From positions 192,001-256,000 of the forward strand of contig CAVXGK010000002.1 in NCBI GenBank assembly GCA_963761305.1: a stretch of DNA of 64,000 nt, written 5' to 3'. The notes under the pieces are model-generated. The model saw nothing but the letters and a program-made list of their open reading frames with translations, did not search any database and had not been told where the DNA came from. Shown here piece after piece: positions 10,801-20,552 of this stretch. The stretch comes from an uncultured Gemmatimonadaceae bacterium. GTDB taxonomy: Bacteria > Gemmatimonadota > Gemmatimonadetes > Gemmatimonadales > Gemmatimonadaceae. Each line of letters opens with the position of its first letter. The stretch's first letter is position 1. Position numbers and translations under genes: made by a program.

Positions 10801-10933
10801 GCTGTACGTGACGCCGGTGGTGTACACGTATCTCGATCCGCTCAGCCGGAAGCTCGAGCGGAAGCTGGCGAGGGAAGGGAAGAAAGGCGAAGGAGGAGAA
10901 GGAGAGCAGATCGAGTTGGGAGCGGTCCAGTGA
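7802..10933 (+). CDS. RND efflux permease (MdtB/MdtC-like)
   Basis: FIKRPV, GFVVDDAIVMLENI, GIVKKNAIMMVDFA, RFRPIMMTT; 1043 aa. Confidence 0.95.
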   Translation: MNVSELFIKRPVMTILLMVGILVFGAFTYNSLAISDLPTVDYPTITVSAALPGASPQTMAASVATPLEKQFSTIAGVDNMTSTSSLGSTSITLQFSLDRDIDAAAQDVNAAIAQSLRQLPQNIIPPSYQKVNPAASPILFYALTSTTLSLQALDEVGETLLSQRLSMVSGVAQVQVFGSAKYAVRVQVDPAALAYRQIGIDDIATAIKAQSVTQPTGVLWGPTTAYTLQANGQLDNATEFREMTVVYRNGAAVQLGALGHVLDDVQNNRSASWFNGVRAIVLAVQRQPGTNTVEVANAVRSTLDSLRVDVPSGVKVQTLFDRSQGIDQSVRDVKRTLVLTLCLVVIVIFVFLRNGWATLIPSLALPLSVIGTFPVMYVLNYSLDQLSLMALTLAVGFVVDDAIVMLENIVRHMEMGTPPLQAAMDGAKEVGFTIMSMTLSLTAVFIPLLFLGGVVGRLFREFSVVIATSILVSGVVSLTFTPMLASRFLRAQHAQKHNRLYNATEHAWEWTLGWYKRTLDLAMAHRLVTMFFSLLVLVGTWLLFRVLPTGFIPDEDIGQINITTEAAQGTSYGDMVRRQQQLAGIVERDTNVASYMSTVGSSGGGSSGSNTGRIVVILKALGKRSPIQDVVNELRGKMAHVPGILSYPSLPPAIQIGGRTAKSQYQFTMQGSDVNAMYAGAQKLVDAAKQSPLLADVTSDMMNNNPQVNVNIDRTRAAVFGVTADQIENALNFAYGSTQVSTILTPTNQYWVILEVLPQYQQDPGALGLLYIKSTTGTVVPLRAVATITKGVGPVTINHSGQLPSVTLSFNLAPNVSLGTATAEVQRLAGQILPAGITTAFSGTAQVFQATEAGLLVLVILAIFVIYMVLGVLYESFVHPITILSGLPFAAFGALLALWIFHVELSVFAFVGIILLIGIVKKNAIMMVDFAVESERAEKKTAAEAIVDAAHVRFRPIMMTTVAALVGTLPVAMASGMGSETRRPLGIAVVGGLAFSQLVTLYVTPVVYTYLDPLSRKLERKLAREGKKGEGGEGEQIELGAVQ

Positions 10934-11016
10934 AAGGCGAAGGTGACGAACCCCGAAGGTGACGAACGGCGAGGACGGCGATACGGCTCGGCCTCGATTG
11001 TTGGTGTTCGGGGCGC

Positions 11017-11022
11017 TATACT
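11017..11022 (+). promoter_or_regulatory. Putative -10 element of the tRNA-Pro promoter
   Basis: TATACT 16 nt upstream of the tRNA; no clear -35. Confidence 0.4.
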
Positions 11023-11038
11023 TTTCAGACTGTTTTGA

Positions 11039-11112
11039 CGGGACGTAGCGCAGTCCGGTAGCGCACCTGAATGGGGTTCAGGGGGTCGCGGGTTCAAATC
11101 CCGCCGTCCCGA
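11039..11112 (+). tRNA. tRNA-Pro(GGG); CCA not encoded
   Basis: Acceptor CGGGACG/CGTCCCG, D arm GCGC..GCGC, anticodon stem CCTGA/TCAGG with loop ATGGGGT, T arm GCGGG-TTCAAAT-CCCGC. Confidence 0.97.
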
Positions 11113-11115
11113 TCT

Positions 11116-11158
11116 GACGAGCCGACAAGCACTCGCTGTCGGCTCGTCCTCGTTTTTT
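11116..11158 (+). terminator. Intrinsic terminator after tRNA-Pro
   Basis: 12-bp stem GACGAGCCGACA/TGTCGGCTCGTC followed, after a 4-nt gap, by TTTTTT. Confidence 0.75.
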
Positions 11159-11166
11159 GGTTTGCG

Positions 11167-11189
11167 TGGGTACGTTCGTGGATACGTTT
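11167..11189 (+). repeat. Direct repeat GTGG(G/A)TACGTT x2, possible integrase arm-type sites
   Basis: GTGGGTACGTT-C-GTGGATACGTT with a 12-nt period, just inside attL. Confidence 0.45.
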
Positions 11190-11230
11190 GAGCCGTTTAT
11201 CACGCCGGAATCGCACTGGTTTCGCTCATC

Positions 11231-11334
11231 GGACCGCGTAGTGGTTCTGGGATGCGGCGCAGGCGGGTTCGACTCCCGCGATCGCAAAGGGGCGTCGTCG
11301 CTTTTGACGGGGTTCGACTCCCCGGCGGTCCACC
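11231..11334 (+). ncRNA. tRNA/tmRNA-like RNA with a perfect acceptor stem and two TTCGACT hairpins
   Basis: GGACCGC/GCGGTCC-ACC acceptor; CGGGG-TTCGACT-CCCCG T arm; internal GCGGG-TTCGACT-CCCGC. Confidence 0.6.
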
Positions 11335-11548
11335 GTCTGTCTTCGCCAGTGCATGACGTAGCGCGCGACGCGGCCGGCGGGGTGACAGTGGCGCGGGACC
11401 CGCTGTGGCGAAGGTTCGCAATGGTTCCTAGTCTGTCGCCGGTTGCATCGACAATGTGAGCGCGACGCGGTCGCGAGCGTTCTCGACTCGTGGGAAGCGC
11501 TTTCGACGCGGATGCCCGCCCGCATACGGGACGCCGCTACGTTGCGCT

Positions 11549-12916
11549 ATGCCATTCGCGTCATTTAAGCTGCATCCGAGTCTGCTCAAAGGTGTGAAAG
11601 AACTAGGCTTCGCTCGCCCCACGCCCATCCAAACTGACGCGATACCGGTCGCCATGGAGGGACGCGACGTCCTCGCCTGCGCCATGACCGGCAGCGGCAA
11701 GACGCTCGCCTTTCTCCTTCCGATCCTTCACCGGCTGCTCGAGCAGCCGCGGCGAGGAACGCGGGCGCTCGTCGTCACACCGACCCGCGAGCTCGCGGCG
11801 CAAATCCTCGAGGAGCTCAACGCCGTGGCCGTCCACACACCAATCACCGCCGCCGCGGTGTACGGCGGCGTCGGCATGGCCCCGCAGGAACACGCTTTCC
11901 GAACCGGCGTGGACGTTCTCGTCGCGACGCCCGGCCGCCTCCTCGACCACCTCAAGCATCCCTACGCCCGGCTCGACCAGATCATCGCGCTCGTCCTCGA
12001 CGAGGCCGACCGTATGCTCGACATGGGGTTTCTCCCCGACATCAAGCGCCTGCTCAAGCACCTGCCGGCCAAACGGCAGACGCTGTTCTTCAGCGCCACG
12101 ATGCCCAAGCCCATCCTCGAGCTCACCCGCGCCCTGCTGGAAAACCCGGCGACGATCAACCTCGAGCGCAAGGCGGCGCCCGCCGTTGGGATCACGCAAG
12201 CCGTGTATCCGGTGAAGCAGGAGCTCAAGCCGGCGCTGCTCCTTGCGCTGCTCCGGCGCGACCTGGTGAATGAAGCACTTGTCTTTACCCGCACCAAGCA
12301 CCGCGCGAACCGCCTCTGGGAGTTTCTCGACAAGCAGGGGATCTCCGTCGCGCGCATCCACGGCAACCGGTCGCAGGCGCAGCGCAGTGATGCGCTCGCG
12401 GGATTCAAGGCGGGCAAGTATCGAGTCCTCGTCGCGACGGACATCGCCGCGCGCGGCATCGACGTCGAGGAGCTCGGCCACGTGGTCAACCTCGATGTGC
12501 CGCTGGCGCCGGAGGATTACATCCACCGCGTTGGCCGGACGGCGCGCGCCGAAGCGACGGGCGAGGCGTACACGTTTGTGTCGCCGGAGGAAACGGACGG
12601 CCTGCGGGCGATCGAGCGTGCCGTCGGCAAGACGCTGCCACGAGTGACGATTCCGGGCTTCGACTACGACGCCAAGTCGGTGGCCAAGCTCGAGATCCCG
12701 ATCGCGAAGCGAATGGCGAAGCATCGCGCGCAGCGCGGGGTCGAGCGACAGCGGGCGAAAGAGAAGGAGGCGCGCCGTGCGGGGACACCGGCAGTGTCGC
12801 CCGCGCCTGCACCCCCGCGGGCGCCTCATGCGCCATCGCCATCGCCCTATCGCGATGAGTCAGGCGGCGGCGGCCGGGGGCGAGGCAGGCGCGGGCGCGG
12901 GCGCGGGGGCGGGTAG
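11549..12916 (+). CDS. DEAD-box RNA helicase (RhlE-like)
   Basis: Q motif PTPIQ, TGSGKT, PTRELA, TPGRL, DEAD, SAT, ARGID, HRVGRTAR; RGG-rich tail. Confidence 0.95.
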   Translation: MPFASFKLHPSLLKGVKELGFARPTPIQTDAIPVAMEGRDVLACAMTGSGKTLAFLLPILHRLLEQPRRGTRALVVTPTRELAAQILEELNAVAVHTPITAAAVYGGVGMAPQEHAFRTGVDVLVATPGRLLDHLKHPYARLDQIIALVLDEADRMLDMGFLPDIKRLLKHLPAKRQTLFFSATMPKPILELTRALLENPATINLERKAAPAVGITQAVYPVKQELKPALLLALLRRDLVNEALVFTRTKHRANRLWEFLDKQGISVARIHGNRSQAQRSDALAGFKAGKYRVLVATDIAARGIDVEELGHVVNLDVPLAPEDYIHRVGRTARAEATGEAYTFVSPEETDGLRAIERAVGKTLPRVTIPGFDYDAKSVAKLEIPIAKRMAKHRAQRGVERQRAKEKEARRAGTPAVSPAPAPPRAPHAPSPSPYRDESGGGGRGRGRRGRGRGGG

Positions 12917-13279
12917 CGCCACCCTCTCCCTGCTGCTGGCGAACTACCCAAATGGAAGCCTTACCCAAGGCTTTCTCCCCTTTCCTCTGAACCCCGGTGT
13001 GCCGGTCTCCGACGCGGTCGCGACCTGCGGCAAAGACTATTGCCTGAGAGAAGCGCTAATCCAAACAATGACTCCGTTCCACGTTCTGATAACTAGCGAC
13101 ACACTTTGCTTGTCCGACCAGTGCGGAGCCTCTCAGAACCGAGTTAGGATTCGGCCAGCTGCCCCCGCGGGGAAATCCACGCGCCCATCGAATGCCGCAG
13201 CGCCCGTGGTTGCAGGAAAACCTGTAAAGCCGCCGCGCTCGGCGCCCGACCTCCCGCCCTCACCCTTGCCATCCCACCC

Positions 13280-13874
13280 ATGATAGAGCGCCGTCTCGGC
13301 AGCCTGCGTCCGCGGGTACTCGCGCACTTGGCATTCAGCATGTCTTTTCTATCCGTTGTATCGGGCGCAGGCGCCTGTCAAACGGGTCGAGCTCCTGGAG
13401 CGAGTACCGCTACCGCAACCCGGTGGAGCAGGGACTCCACGAAATACATCCAGGATTCGATCAAATGGGTGCACGATTCCGTTGTCGTCGACTCCATCTC
13501 GAGGACCGTTAACACCGACTCGCTGTACCGCCTCATTCGAGCGCAACTGCGCGCCGACAATCCGGTCCCGCTGCAGCGAGCGATCGATTGCGAAACGGAA
13601 AGACTGAAGCTGGGGCCACGGTGCCATGGCCACGGTCGACGCCTTTCATCGGATGGTCGACACAGTTTTTCGACCGTCCGATGCGGCGGACAAAAAGCGA
13701 GTCGACAACCGTCTAAGCAACATGTCGGTTGACGAGATGGCTTCGCTCGGCGTGGGTGAACGGCAATGTGGCAAGTTCTCGCGCTGGGGCCCTCGCCACC
13801 CGTTGAGCATCAGCGGTGCATCGCTCGACACGAGAACCGGAAGGCCGGCCAGACCGCGGCGACCGGACATTTAG
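13280..13874 (+). CDS. Hypothetical lipoprotein-like protein, frameshifted near 13620
   Basis: Signal/lipobox-like AGAC; overlapping ORFs 13280-13732 and 13626-13874 read as one protein. Confidence 0.4.
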
Positions 13875-14010
13875 GCCGGAGACCTCCCGCTTCTGCGGCA
13901 TGTCGAACGGCCACAGATCCACATGCTTTGGCGCGTGGACTGTGGCCCTTCTGACTCCGCTGACCCTGCGGAGCTGTGCGGCTAAGTAGCTCGAGCGCGT
14001 CAGGCACGTG

Positions 14011-14051
14011 TAACCGTTGACGGCCCGCGCGCCGCGGCTAGCCTCCGCATA
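14011..14051 (+). promoter_or_regulatory. Putative leaderless sigma70-type promoter (copy 1)
   Basis: TAACCG-TTGACG-N16-TAGCCT-N7-ATG; same geometry as 24364-24404. Confidence 0.6.
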
Positions 14052-14417
14052 ATGGAGCCATCGAACGCACCCGAGCTGTACGCCATCGCACAGTTTATGG
14101 TTCCGCGAATCGCGGCCGATGCGTTGGACCTGCCGCGGATCGTTCAGGAAGCGCGCGACGCTGGCATGGTGGCGCCGAACATCGAGATGAACGTACGCGG
14201 CGCCGGCGCCGGGAAGATTCGCGTGACGTGCCGAACGCTGATGGCGCTGCGCCTCGTGGCCGAATGGAAACGAATCGCCGCGAGCGCGCCTCAGAACGAT
14301 TCCGGCGCCAAACTGCGCGAGGGCATCGCGCTCGCGAACGAGGCAGCGAGCGGCGGCTGTTACGAGGCGTGGAACCCGCGAACGCTGTCGATGGGCGAGA
14401 GCGGGTTTATTGGCTAA
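14052..14417 (+). CDS. Uncharacterised 121-aa protein, paralog A
   Basis: Aligns by eye with 24405-24770 (MEP, Y-IAQF--PR-A, P-IE-N-R-AG, R-T-R--MA-R-V, MG--G--G). Confidence 0.75.
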   Translation: MEPSNAPELYAIAQFMVPRIAADALDLPRIVQEARDAGMVAPNIEMNVRGAGAGKIRVTCRTLMALRLVAEWKRIAASAPQNDSGAKLREGIALANEAASGGCYEAWNPRTLSMGESGFIG

Positions 14418-14484
14418 GCCAGCGGTGCCCGCAACGGCGGTCGGACTGGCCGCTGTCCAACGATTGTTGGCAAGCGGCGAGCGA

Positions 14485-17282
14485 TCAATCCGTCCGGAGG
14501 GCGACCACTGGATCTACGCTTGATGCGCGCCGTGCGGGAGCCCAACTCGCGCCAATCGTGGCCAAGCCCAGCAGGCCCACAATCACGCAGTATGTAATCG
14601 GGTCGGTCGGTGACACATCGAAGAGCAATTTCTGCAAGACACGCGTGCACGCGAGCGCACCGACGAGTCCCAGTATCACGCCCGCAGACGCGAACGACAC
14701 ACCGTCCGTCACTACCTGCCGACGGACAGTGCTCGGATCGGCACCCAGTGCCATGCGAATGCCGATCTCGCGCGTCCGCGCGGTCACGGCGAGTGCCATC
14801 ACGCCGTAGATCCCCACGATGGCAAGCGAGAGCGCGGTTGCGGCGAAGAGACCGAGTAGCACGGCGCTGAACCGTGCTTGGGCGGTGACACCCGCGGCAC
14901 GCGCGGTCATTGGTTGAATGTCGTAGACCGGAAGTTGTGGTGCCAATTCATGAATCGCGCGCCGGACATCCGCGGCGAGTGCGAGCGGATCGCCCGCGAC
15001 GCGGATGAAGATCATCATTCGCGAAATCGGGGACTGCGCGTAGGGGACGTAGACGTCCGGCTTCGCCAGCGAGTCGATGAACTGTCGCACATCGCCGACG
15101 ATGCCAATTACTTCCGCGGCGTCGCTCGCTTCGACTCCGACCGCAACGCGCTTGCCGAGCGGGTTCTCGCCCGGCCAATAGGTGCGGGCCGCGGCTTCGT
15201 TGATCAGCACTACTTTCGGCGTGCCAACTCGGTCCGTACTCGCAAACAAACGTCCGCGCTCGAGCGGAACATGCAACGTCGCAAACCAAGTTGGCGTCGC
15301 CCAACTCACGCGAGCGCTTGGTAGCCGGGCGGCATCAGCCTCGGAGCGATCGGGGAACTCGAGGCGCGTTCGGTAGCACCCCCCGCCGAGCGGCGGACAA
15401 CTATTGAGCGACGCGTTGACCACTCCGGGGAGCGCGCGCAGTCGATCGATCAATTCAGTATAGAACGCGGGCATCGAGTCTTCCGTCATCCCGCGCGGAG
15501 GAATTGTCAGGCGCACCGTGAGCACATGCTGCGGGTCAAAGCCGGGGTCTATCGTCACCAGCTTGGCGAAGCTGCGCATGAGGAGTCCCGACCCAACGAG
15601 CAGGATCATCGCCAGCGCAACCTCGACCACGACGAGAATGCCTCGCCCGCTGGCGCGGCGTTGCTGCACACGATTGTCGCCGGCGATGAGCTTCATCGCG
15701 TCCGCCAATGACGCCCTGGTCGCTTGCAGCGCCGGAACGAGCCCGAACACGAGACCCACGAGCAACGTGATCGATATACTGAACGCCAGCGTTGTCGAAT
15801 CGAGCCGGATCCCGGAGAAAGTCACCGCGCCCAGTGCTCTCAACGTCTCAATGCCCCTCGGAACCATCGTGTCCGGATCGATCGTGCTGAGTGCGCGAGT
15901 GCTGACCCAGGCTACCGCGACCCCCGCGATTCCCCCGAGCAGGGCGAGCAGCATGTTCTCCGTGAGCAGCATGCGGATGAGGCGCCACCGCGACGCGCCG
16001 AGCGCCACGCGCACGGCGATTTCGCGTCGTCGCGTGTTCGCGCGCCCCAGCAGAAGATTGGCCACGTTGACGCAGGCGATGAGCAGCACGCAGCCTACGG
16101 CGCCAAACGCCACAAGCAGCGATCGACGAATGAGAGGGGTCACGCGAACGTCGCTGAGCGGGCGGGCGGTCGCGCCCCACTTGCATTCCCGATATCGCGT
16201 CCGGGGAATGCGTCGCTCACGCGCGCGCCGAGCAGCTTGACTCCTGCGATCGCTGCCGACGCGCTGATGCCTGGCTTGCGCCGCGCCACCATATAGAACT
16301 CGTGCTGTTGCGCTGTTTCCTCGTCCAGATCTTCCGGCGGGCGGGTCGTGATTGGAATGAATACCTCCGCGTGCCCGGTGAGCCCCCGAAACCCCGCGGG
16401 CGCGATGCCCACGACGGCGTACGGGCTCACTCGACGATGAGCCGTGTCATCGTCGGGGCTGCTCCCAATCCAATCGCTTCGGTCGCGATCCAAGTCCACG
16501 GTCTTGCCGATGATGCTCGGCTCGGCGTCGAACCGCCGCTGCCACAGCGAGTACGAGATAATGACCTGGCGTTCGGCGCCCCCATGCGCGTCGATGCCCG
16601 GATCGAAATCGCGACCTCGCACGGGCGCGAGACCGAGCGTGCGGAGATAGCGCGCGCCGACGAACTCACCTTCAATCGGCTCGACGTCGCCGCTCGTGAT
16701 GGTGAAGCGTTGAGGCGTGTACAGCGAGAGGTCCGAGAATATGGATTGTGCGTCACGAAACACGGCGTACTTGGGATAGGACCACACCATGTCATCGCGG
16801 GCCTCGAGGCCGTGGCCCGCCGGCACGGTGAGCGAAACCGTCATGAGCTGGTCGGGCGCGCCATACGGCAGCCGGCGCAGCAAGAGCGCGTTCACCGCGC
16901 TGAAGATCGCCGTCGTCCCGCCGATGCCGAGGGCGAGCGTGAGTACGGCGACAGCGGTGAATCCGGGCCGACGAGCGAGTCCGAGCACGGCGTAGCCAAG
17001 ATCCTGTCCCAGCTCCGCAAGCCGTTCGGTGAATCCCGTCCGGCGGAGGCGGCGGATCCTTGCGCGATGGAATTCTTTGCGCATTTCGTCTGGATCGCCG
17101 AATCGACGCCGCGCTTCGGCGATCGCGTCCGCCTCGCTCATGCCAAGCGCGCGAAACTCGGCGATCCGCGCGTCCAAGTGGAACCGCCACTCGTCGTTGA
17201 GATCCCGGTCAATGAGCTTCGGGTTCCACGGCAGTCGGATGAGGCGGCGCACGCCGGGCGGGACCTTTGAGGACCGGAACAT
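14485..17282 (-). CDS. ADOP-family duplicated ABC permease (MacB-PCD/FtsX x2), frameshift near 16180
   Basis: LTLALGIGGTTAIFS, LLIACVNVANLLL, REIAVRVALGA, REIGIRMALGA, ARRASSVDP; split between ORFs 16140-17282 and 14485-16143. Confidence 0.85.
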
Positions 17283-17376
17283 AGGCTGCCTCGCGTTCAG
17301 AGTCCGTTACTAGCGAGCGCGCTTCGAGCGGAATAGTTGCGTGAGCTAGCCGGAATGGCGGTGAGAGCGACCAGGC

Positions 17377-20121
17377 TTACTCCTCGCGTAGGCACCGAAT
17401 CGGATCGATCGATCGAGCACGGAGCGCCGGGATCATACTCGCGAACAGTGATGCGACGATGAGCACGCCACCCACCGCGCCGATCACTACTGGGTCACGC
17501 GCGTTCGTTTCAAAGAGCAGAGGCTCCACAAACCGCCCGGCGAGAAGGGCGAACGCGGCGCCGACAGCTGCGCCAAGCGCGGTGGTCACGACTGGGCCGC
17601 GGAGCATCAGCCTCACGATGTGCGCAGGGCGCGCGCCAAGGGCGATGCGCACGCCGACCTCGTGACGGCGTTGCTCGACCAGGTACGCCACGATGCTAAA
17701 CGTGCCGATTGCCGCGACCACCAACGCCATGACGGCGAAGAGAGAGAACATCATCGCACCGATGCGCCACGACCGCAGCTGCGGTTGGATCCGATCCTGA
17801 ATGGTCGTCGCCGTGACGAACGAAATTGTCGGGTCGATCTGACGGACCATTGCGCGGACCGCGGGGATGACAGCCACGCCGTCGCCACGCGGCCGCACGA
17901 TGAGGTCGGGATTCGTCAGCATGGCGAGCTGCCCGAGCGGCACGTAATAGTGCATGATCGGATCTTCCTTGATCGCACTCCGCCGCACGTCTCGAACGAC
18001 ACCGACGACCCGAGTTCTCGTTGCCGGCCCGCCACCGACAAGCATGTACTGTCCTACAGGATTGACATTGGGCCACAGTACACGCGCCATCGTTTCACTC
18101 ACGACCGCAACGGGCTCGCTCCCAGGGCCATCGAGCGGACTTAATACGCGGCCGCGCACGAGCCGGGTCCCGATTGTCGCGAAGTAGTCCGGCGAGACCG
18201 CGCTCACATCGGGGTCGCCAAACCCGCCCGTGAGCCGCGGCAGCGAATCGCGCCCGGGCAACGAGAGGGTGACGGAATAGGTATTGAGGAACGGCATTCC
18301 GACCGCCGCAGCGGCATGTTCAACGACCGGAGACGTAGTCAGCCGCTCGAGCGCCGCACGCGCGAAATTCTCCCGCCGCTGCTGCTCCCGCGTTCGCTCG
18401 TCTTGAGACATCTGTGGCGGCATCACCGGCCAGCGCGGTCGCACAACGAGCACGCGATCGGCATCGAGCCCAATATCGACGTGGCGCACATGCTCAAGGC
18501 TGCGGACGAAGAGTCCGGCACCGATGAGCAGTACCATCGCGAGTGCGGCTTGCGTTGCCATCAGCACCGTGCGCGTGAGCGACCGACCGGTTCCCCCTTC
18601 CCGGGCGCCAGTTTTGAGGGCCGTGGTGACGTCCGTTCGGCCCGCCCGCGCCGCGGGCAGGATGCCGATTGATACGCCAGTTACCATGGCGACCACGAGC
18701 GAGAAGGCAAGCACGCGCGAATCGACAGGCCCGGACGTCCAGTCCACGTTGGGCAGGAGAACGCGCCTCACCAGATTCCCCGATAACACGGCGACCAAGA
18801 GTCCGGCGGCAGCGCCCGTCGCCGACAGCAGAAGGCTGCTCGCGAGCAACAGCTGGAGTAATCGAACGCGGTCTGCACCCAGTGCGACACGCACCGCGAT
18901 CTCGCGCCGCCGGCGCACCGCGCGCGCCAGCAGCAGATTCACAATGTTGGCGCATGCAATGAGCAGAACGACCGCCGCCACGCCGATCAGCCATCGCGCG
19001 ATGTTCGCTTCGGTCGACTCTGTTCCGTCAACGCCAAAGTGGAGCGGCGCAGCGGTGATGGTTGCTTCCGCATAGTTCCGTTCACGGCCGTCGTAGGTGC
19101 GACGGTACGCGGCCGTCGCGTCCCGCGAGGCATCGGCCAAGCTGAGACCTGGTCGCAAACGGCCGACAATCGTGGGGCCGGCTGAATAGCCAGGACCCCA
19201 ATGTCGGGCATCCGCCTCAGTCTTGACGGCGAGCGGAAACCAGATGTCGACTCGGTCCAACTCGGCGCCCGTGAATCCCTCCGGTGCGACGCCGACGATC
19301 GTGAACGGACGCAGTGAAATGGTAACGGTGCGACCGAGGATCCGGCGATCACCGCCGAAGTCGTTTTGCCAAAGTCCGTAGCCGATCACGGCAATCGCGG
19401 GCGCGACGTCGCTCTCCTGCTCGTCGCGCGTAAAGAAGCGGCCGAGGACTGGCTGCGCGCCGAGCACGGACATGAAGTTGGCCGTCGCCGCCGCGGACGA
19501 TACGAGCCTCGCGTTAGGGCCGGAGCCGAGGAGCGTGGTGCTGGAAGCTACGGTAGACATCGCAATGCCCGAGAATCCGCGCGACTCGGCGAGCAGGTTC
19601 ACATATACGCGCTTGTCAAAAGCGGCACTCGTCTGGAGCTCGCCCGCTGGTTGCCGAATGGTCCAGTACAAACGCGCGACGCGTGCGGGCTGCAGGACGT
19701 GGGCGGGACCGCGAAACAGCAACTTGTCCACGATGCCGAACATCGCGGCGTTCGCGCCGATTCCCAGCGCAAGCGTCAGCACGGCGAACGCAAAGAAGAG
19801 CGGTTCCCGGATAAACCCTCGCACGGTGTAGCGGATGTCCTGCCACAGATCCCGCGCCCACTCGATCACACGCCGCCGCCGTACTCGCCGCTCCTGCGCG
19901 CGGACGAAGTCGTGGCGCAACGCGGCGAGATCGCCGAATTGCCGCTGCGCTTCCGCGATCGCGTCGGCCTCGCTCATGCCGAGGGCTCGAAGGTCCGCGG
20001 CTCGGGCCTCGAGGTGAAACCGCCACTCGTCGTTCAGGTCCTGTTCGACGCGAGCTCGGCTCCACGGCAACCGAACGATGAGCCGAACGCCTGGCGGAAC
20101 CTTTCGCGCGAAGAAGGGCAT
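17377..20121 (-). CDS. ADOP-family duplicated ABC permease
   Basis: Intact 914-aa ORF with the same motifs; N-terminal region very similar to the downstream paralog. Confidence 0.9.
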   Translation of the reverse strand: MPFFARKVPPGVRLIVRLPWSRARVEQDLNDEWRFHLEARAADLRALGMSEADAIAEAQRQFGDLAALRHDFVRAQERRVRRRRVIEWARDLWQDIRYTVRGFIREPLFFAFAVLTLALGIGANAAMFGIVDKLLFRGPAHVLQPARVARLYWTIRQPAGELQTSAAFDKRVYVNLLAESRGFSGIAMSTVASSTTLLGSGPNARLVSSAAATANFMSVLGAQPVLGRFFTRDEQESDVAPAIAVIGYGLWQNDFGGDRRILGRTVTISLRPFTIVGVAPEGFTGAELDRVDIWFPLAVKTEADARHWGPGYSAGPTIVGRLRPGLSLADASRDATAAYRRTYDGRERNYAEATITAAPLHFGVDGTESTEANIARWLIGVAAVVLLIACANIVNLLLARAVRRRREIAVRVALGADRVRLLQLLLASSLLLSATGAAAGLLVAVLSGNLVRRVLLPNVDWTSGPVDSRVLAFSLVVAMVTGVSIGILPAARAGRTDVTTALKTGAREGGTGRSLTRTVLMATQAALAMVLLIGAGLFVRSLEHVRHVDIGLDADRVLVVRPRWPVMPPQMSQDERTREQQRRENFARAALERLTTSPVVEHAAAAVGMPFLNTYSVTLSLPGRDSLPRLTGGFGDPDVSAVSPDYFATIGTRLVRGRVLSPLDGPGSEPVAVVSETMARVLWPNVNPVGQYMLVGGGPATRTRVVGVVRDVRRSAIKEDPIMHYYVPLGQLAMLTNPDLIVRPRGDGVAVIPAVRAMVRQIDPTISFVTATTIQDRIQPQLRSWRIGAMMFSLFAVMALVVAAIGTFSIVAYLVEQRRHEVGVRIALGARPAHIVRLMLRGPVVTTALGAAVGAAFALLAGRFVEPLLFETNARDPVVIGAVGGVLIVASLFASMIPALRARSIDPIRCLREE

Positions 20122-20124
20122 CGC

Positions 20125-20463
20125 TCACGCCTCGTCGGGCTCGAGCACGCCCGAGACTGCGGCGACGAACCGTTTCCACGTCGCCGTCTCGGCGCGCAGC
20201 ATCTTCCGTCCGCGCGCAGTGAGCGAGTAGTACTTGGCGCGGCGGTTGTTGTCAGACACGCCCCACGCTGTATCGATCGCGCCGGCATCCTCGAGACGTT
20301 GCAGCGCCTTGTAGAGCGCCGAGTCGAGGATGTCGAGCTCGTGGCGTGTGCGCTCTTCGATGGACTTGGTGATGCCGTAGCCGTGCATCGGCCCGGCCGC
20401 GAGCGTTCTGAGCACGAGCACGTCGAGTGTGCCGTGGAGCAGACTATTGGTCTCGCGGGTCAT
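20125..20463 (-). CDS. PadR-family transcriptional regulator
   Basis: GTLDVLVL, MHGYGI, SALYKALQRLE, WG-SDNNRRAKYYSLT. Confidence 0.9.
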   Translation of the reverse strand: MTRETNSLLHGTLDVLVLRTLAAGPMHGYGITKSIEERTRHELDILDSALYKALQRLEDAGAIDTAWGVSDNNRRAKYYSLTARGRKMLRAETATWKRFVAAVSGVLEPDEA

Positions 20464-20471
20464 CTGTCCGA

Positions 20472-20492
20472 CTCCCCTCACTAGGTGGGGAG
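20472..20492. promoter_or_regulatory. Putative PadR autoregulatory operator
   Basis: Inverted repeat CTCCCC-N9-GGGGAG immediately upstream of the padR start. Confidence 0.55.
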
Positions 20493-20552
20493 AATGTGCG
20501 TCCGGAGTGCGCGCGCTGTCAAGCCGAACCGGTGCGCCGCGAGACTACTGGG

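Noticed and set aside
11231..11334. The host's functional tmRNA (ssrA)
   Set aside because: Only 104 nt, with no tag reading frame or pseudoknot region, and A3-U70 instead of G3.U70. Kept as a tRNA-like RNA instead.
13909..13947. Bulged hairpin GGCCACAG-A-TCCAC/GTGGA-CTGTGGCC
   Set aside because: Single copy, no U-tract and no recognisable family; may be a terminator only.
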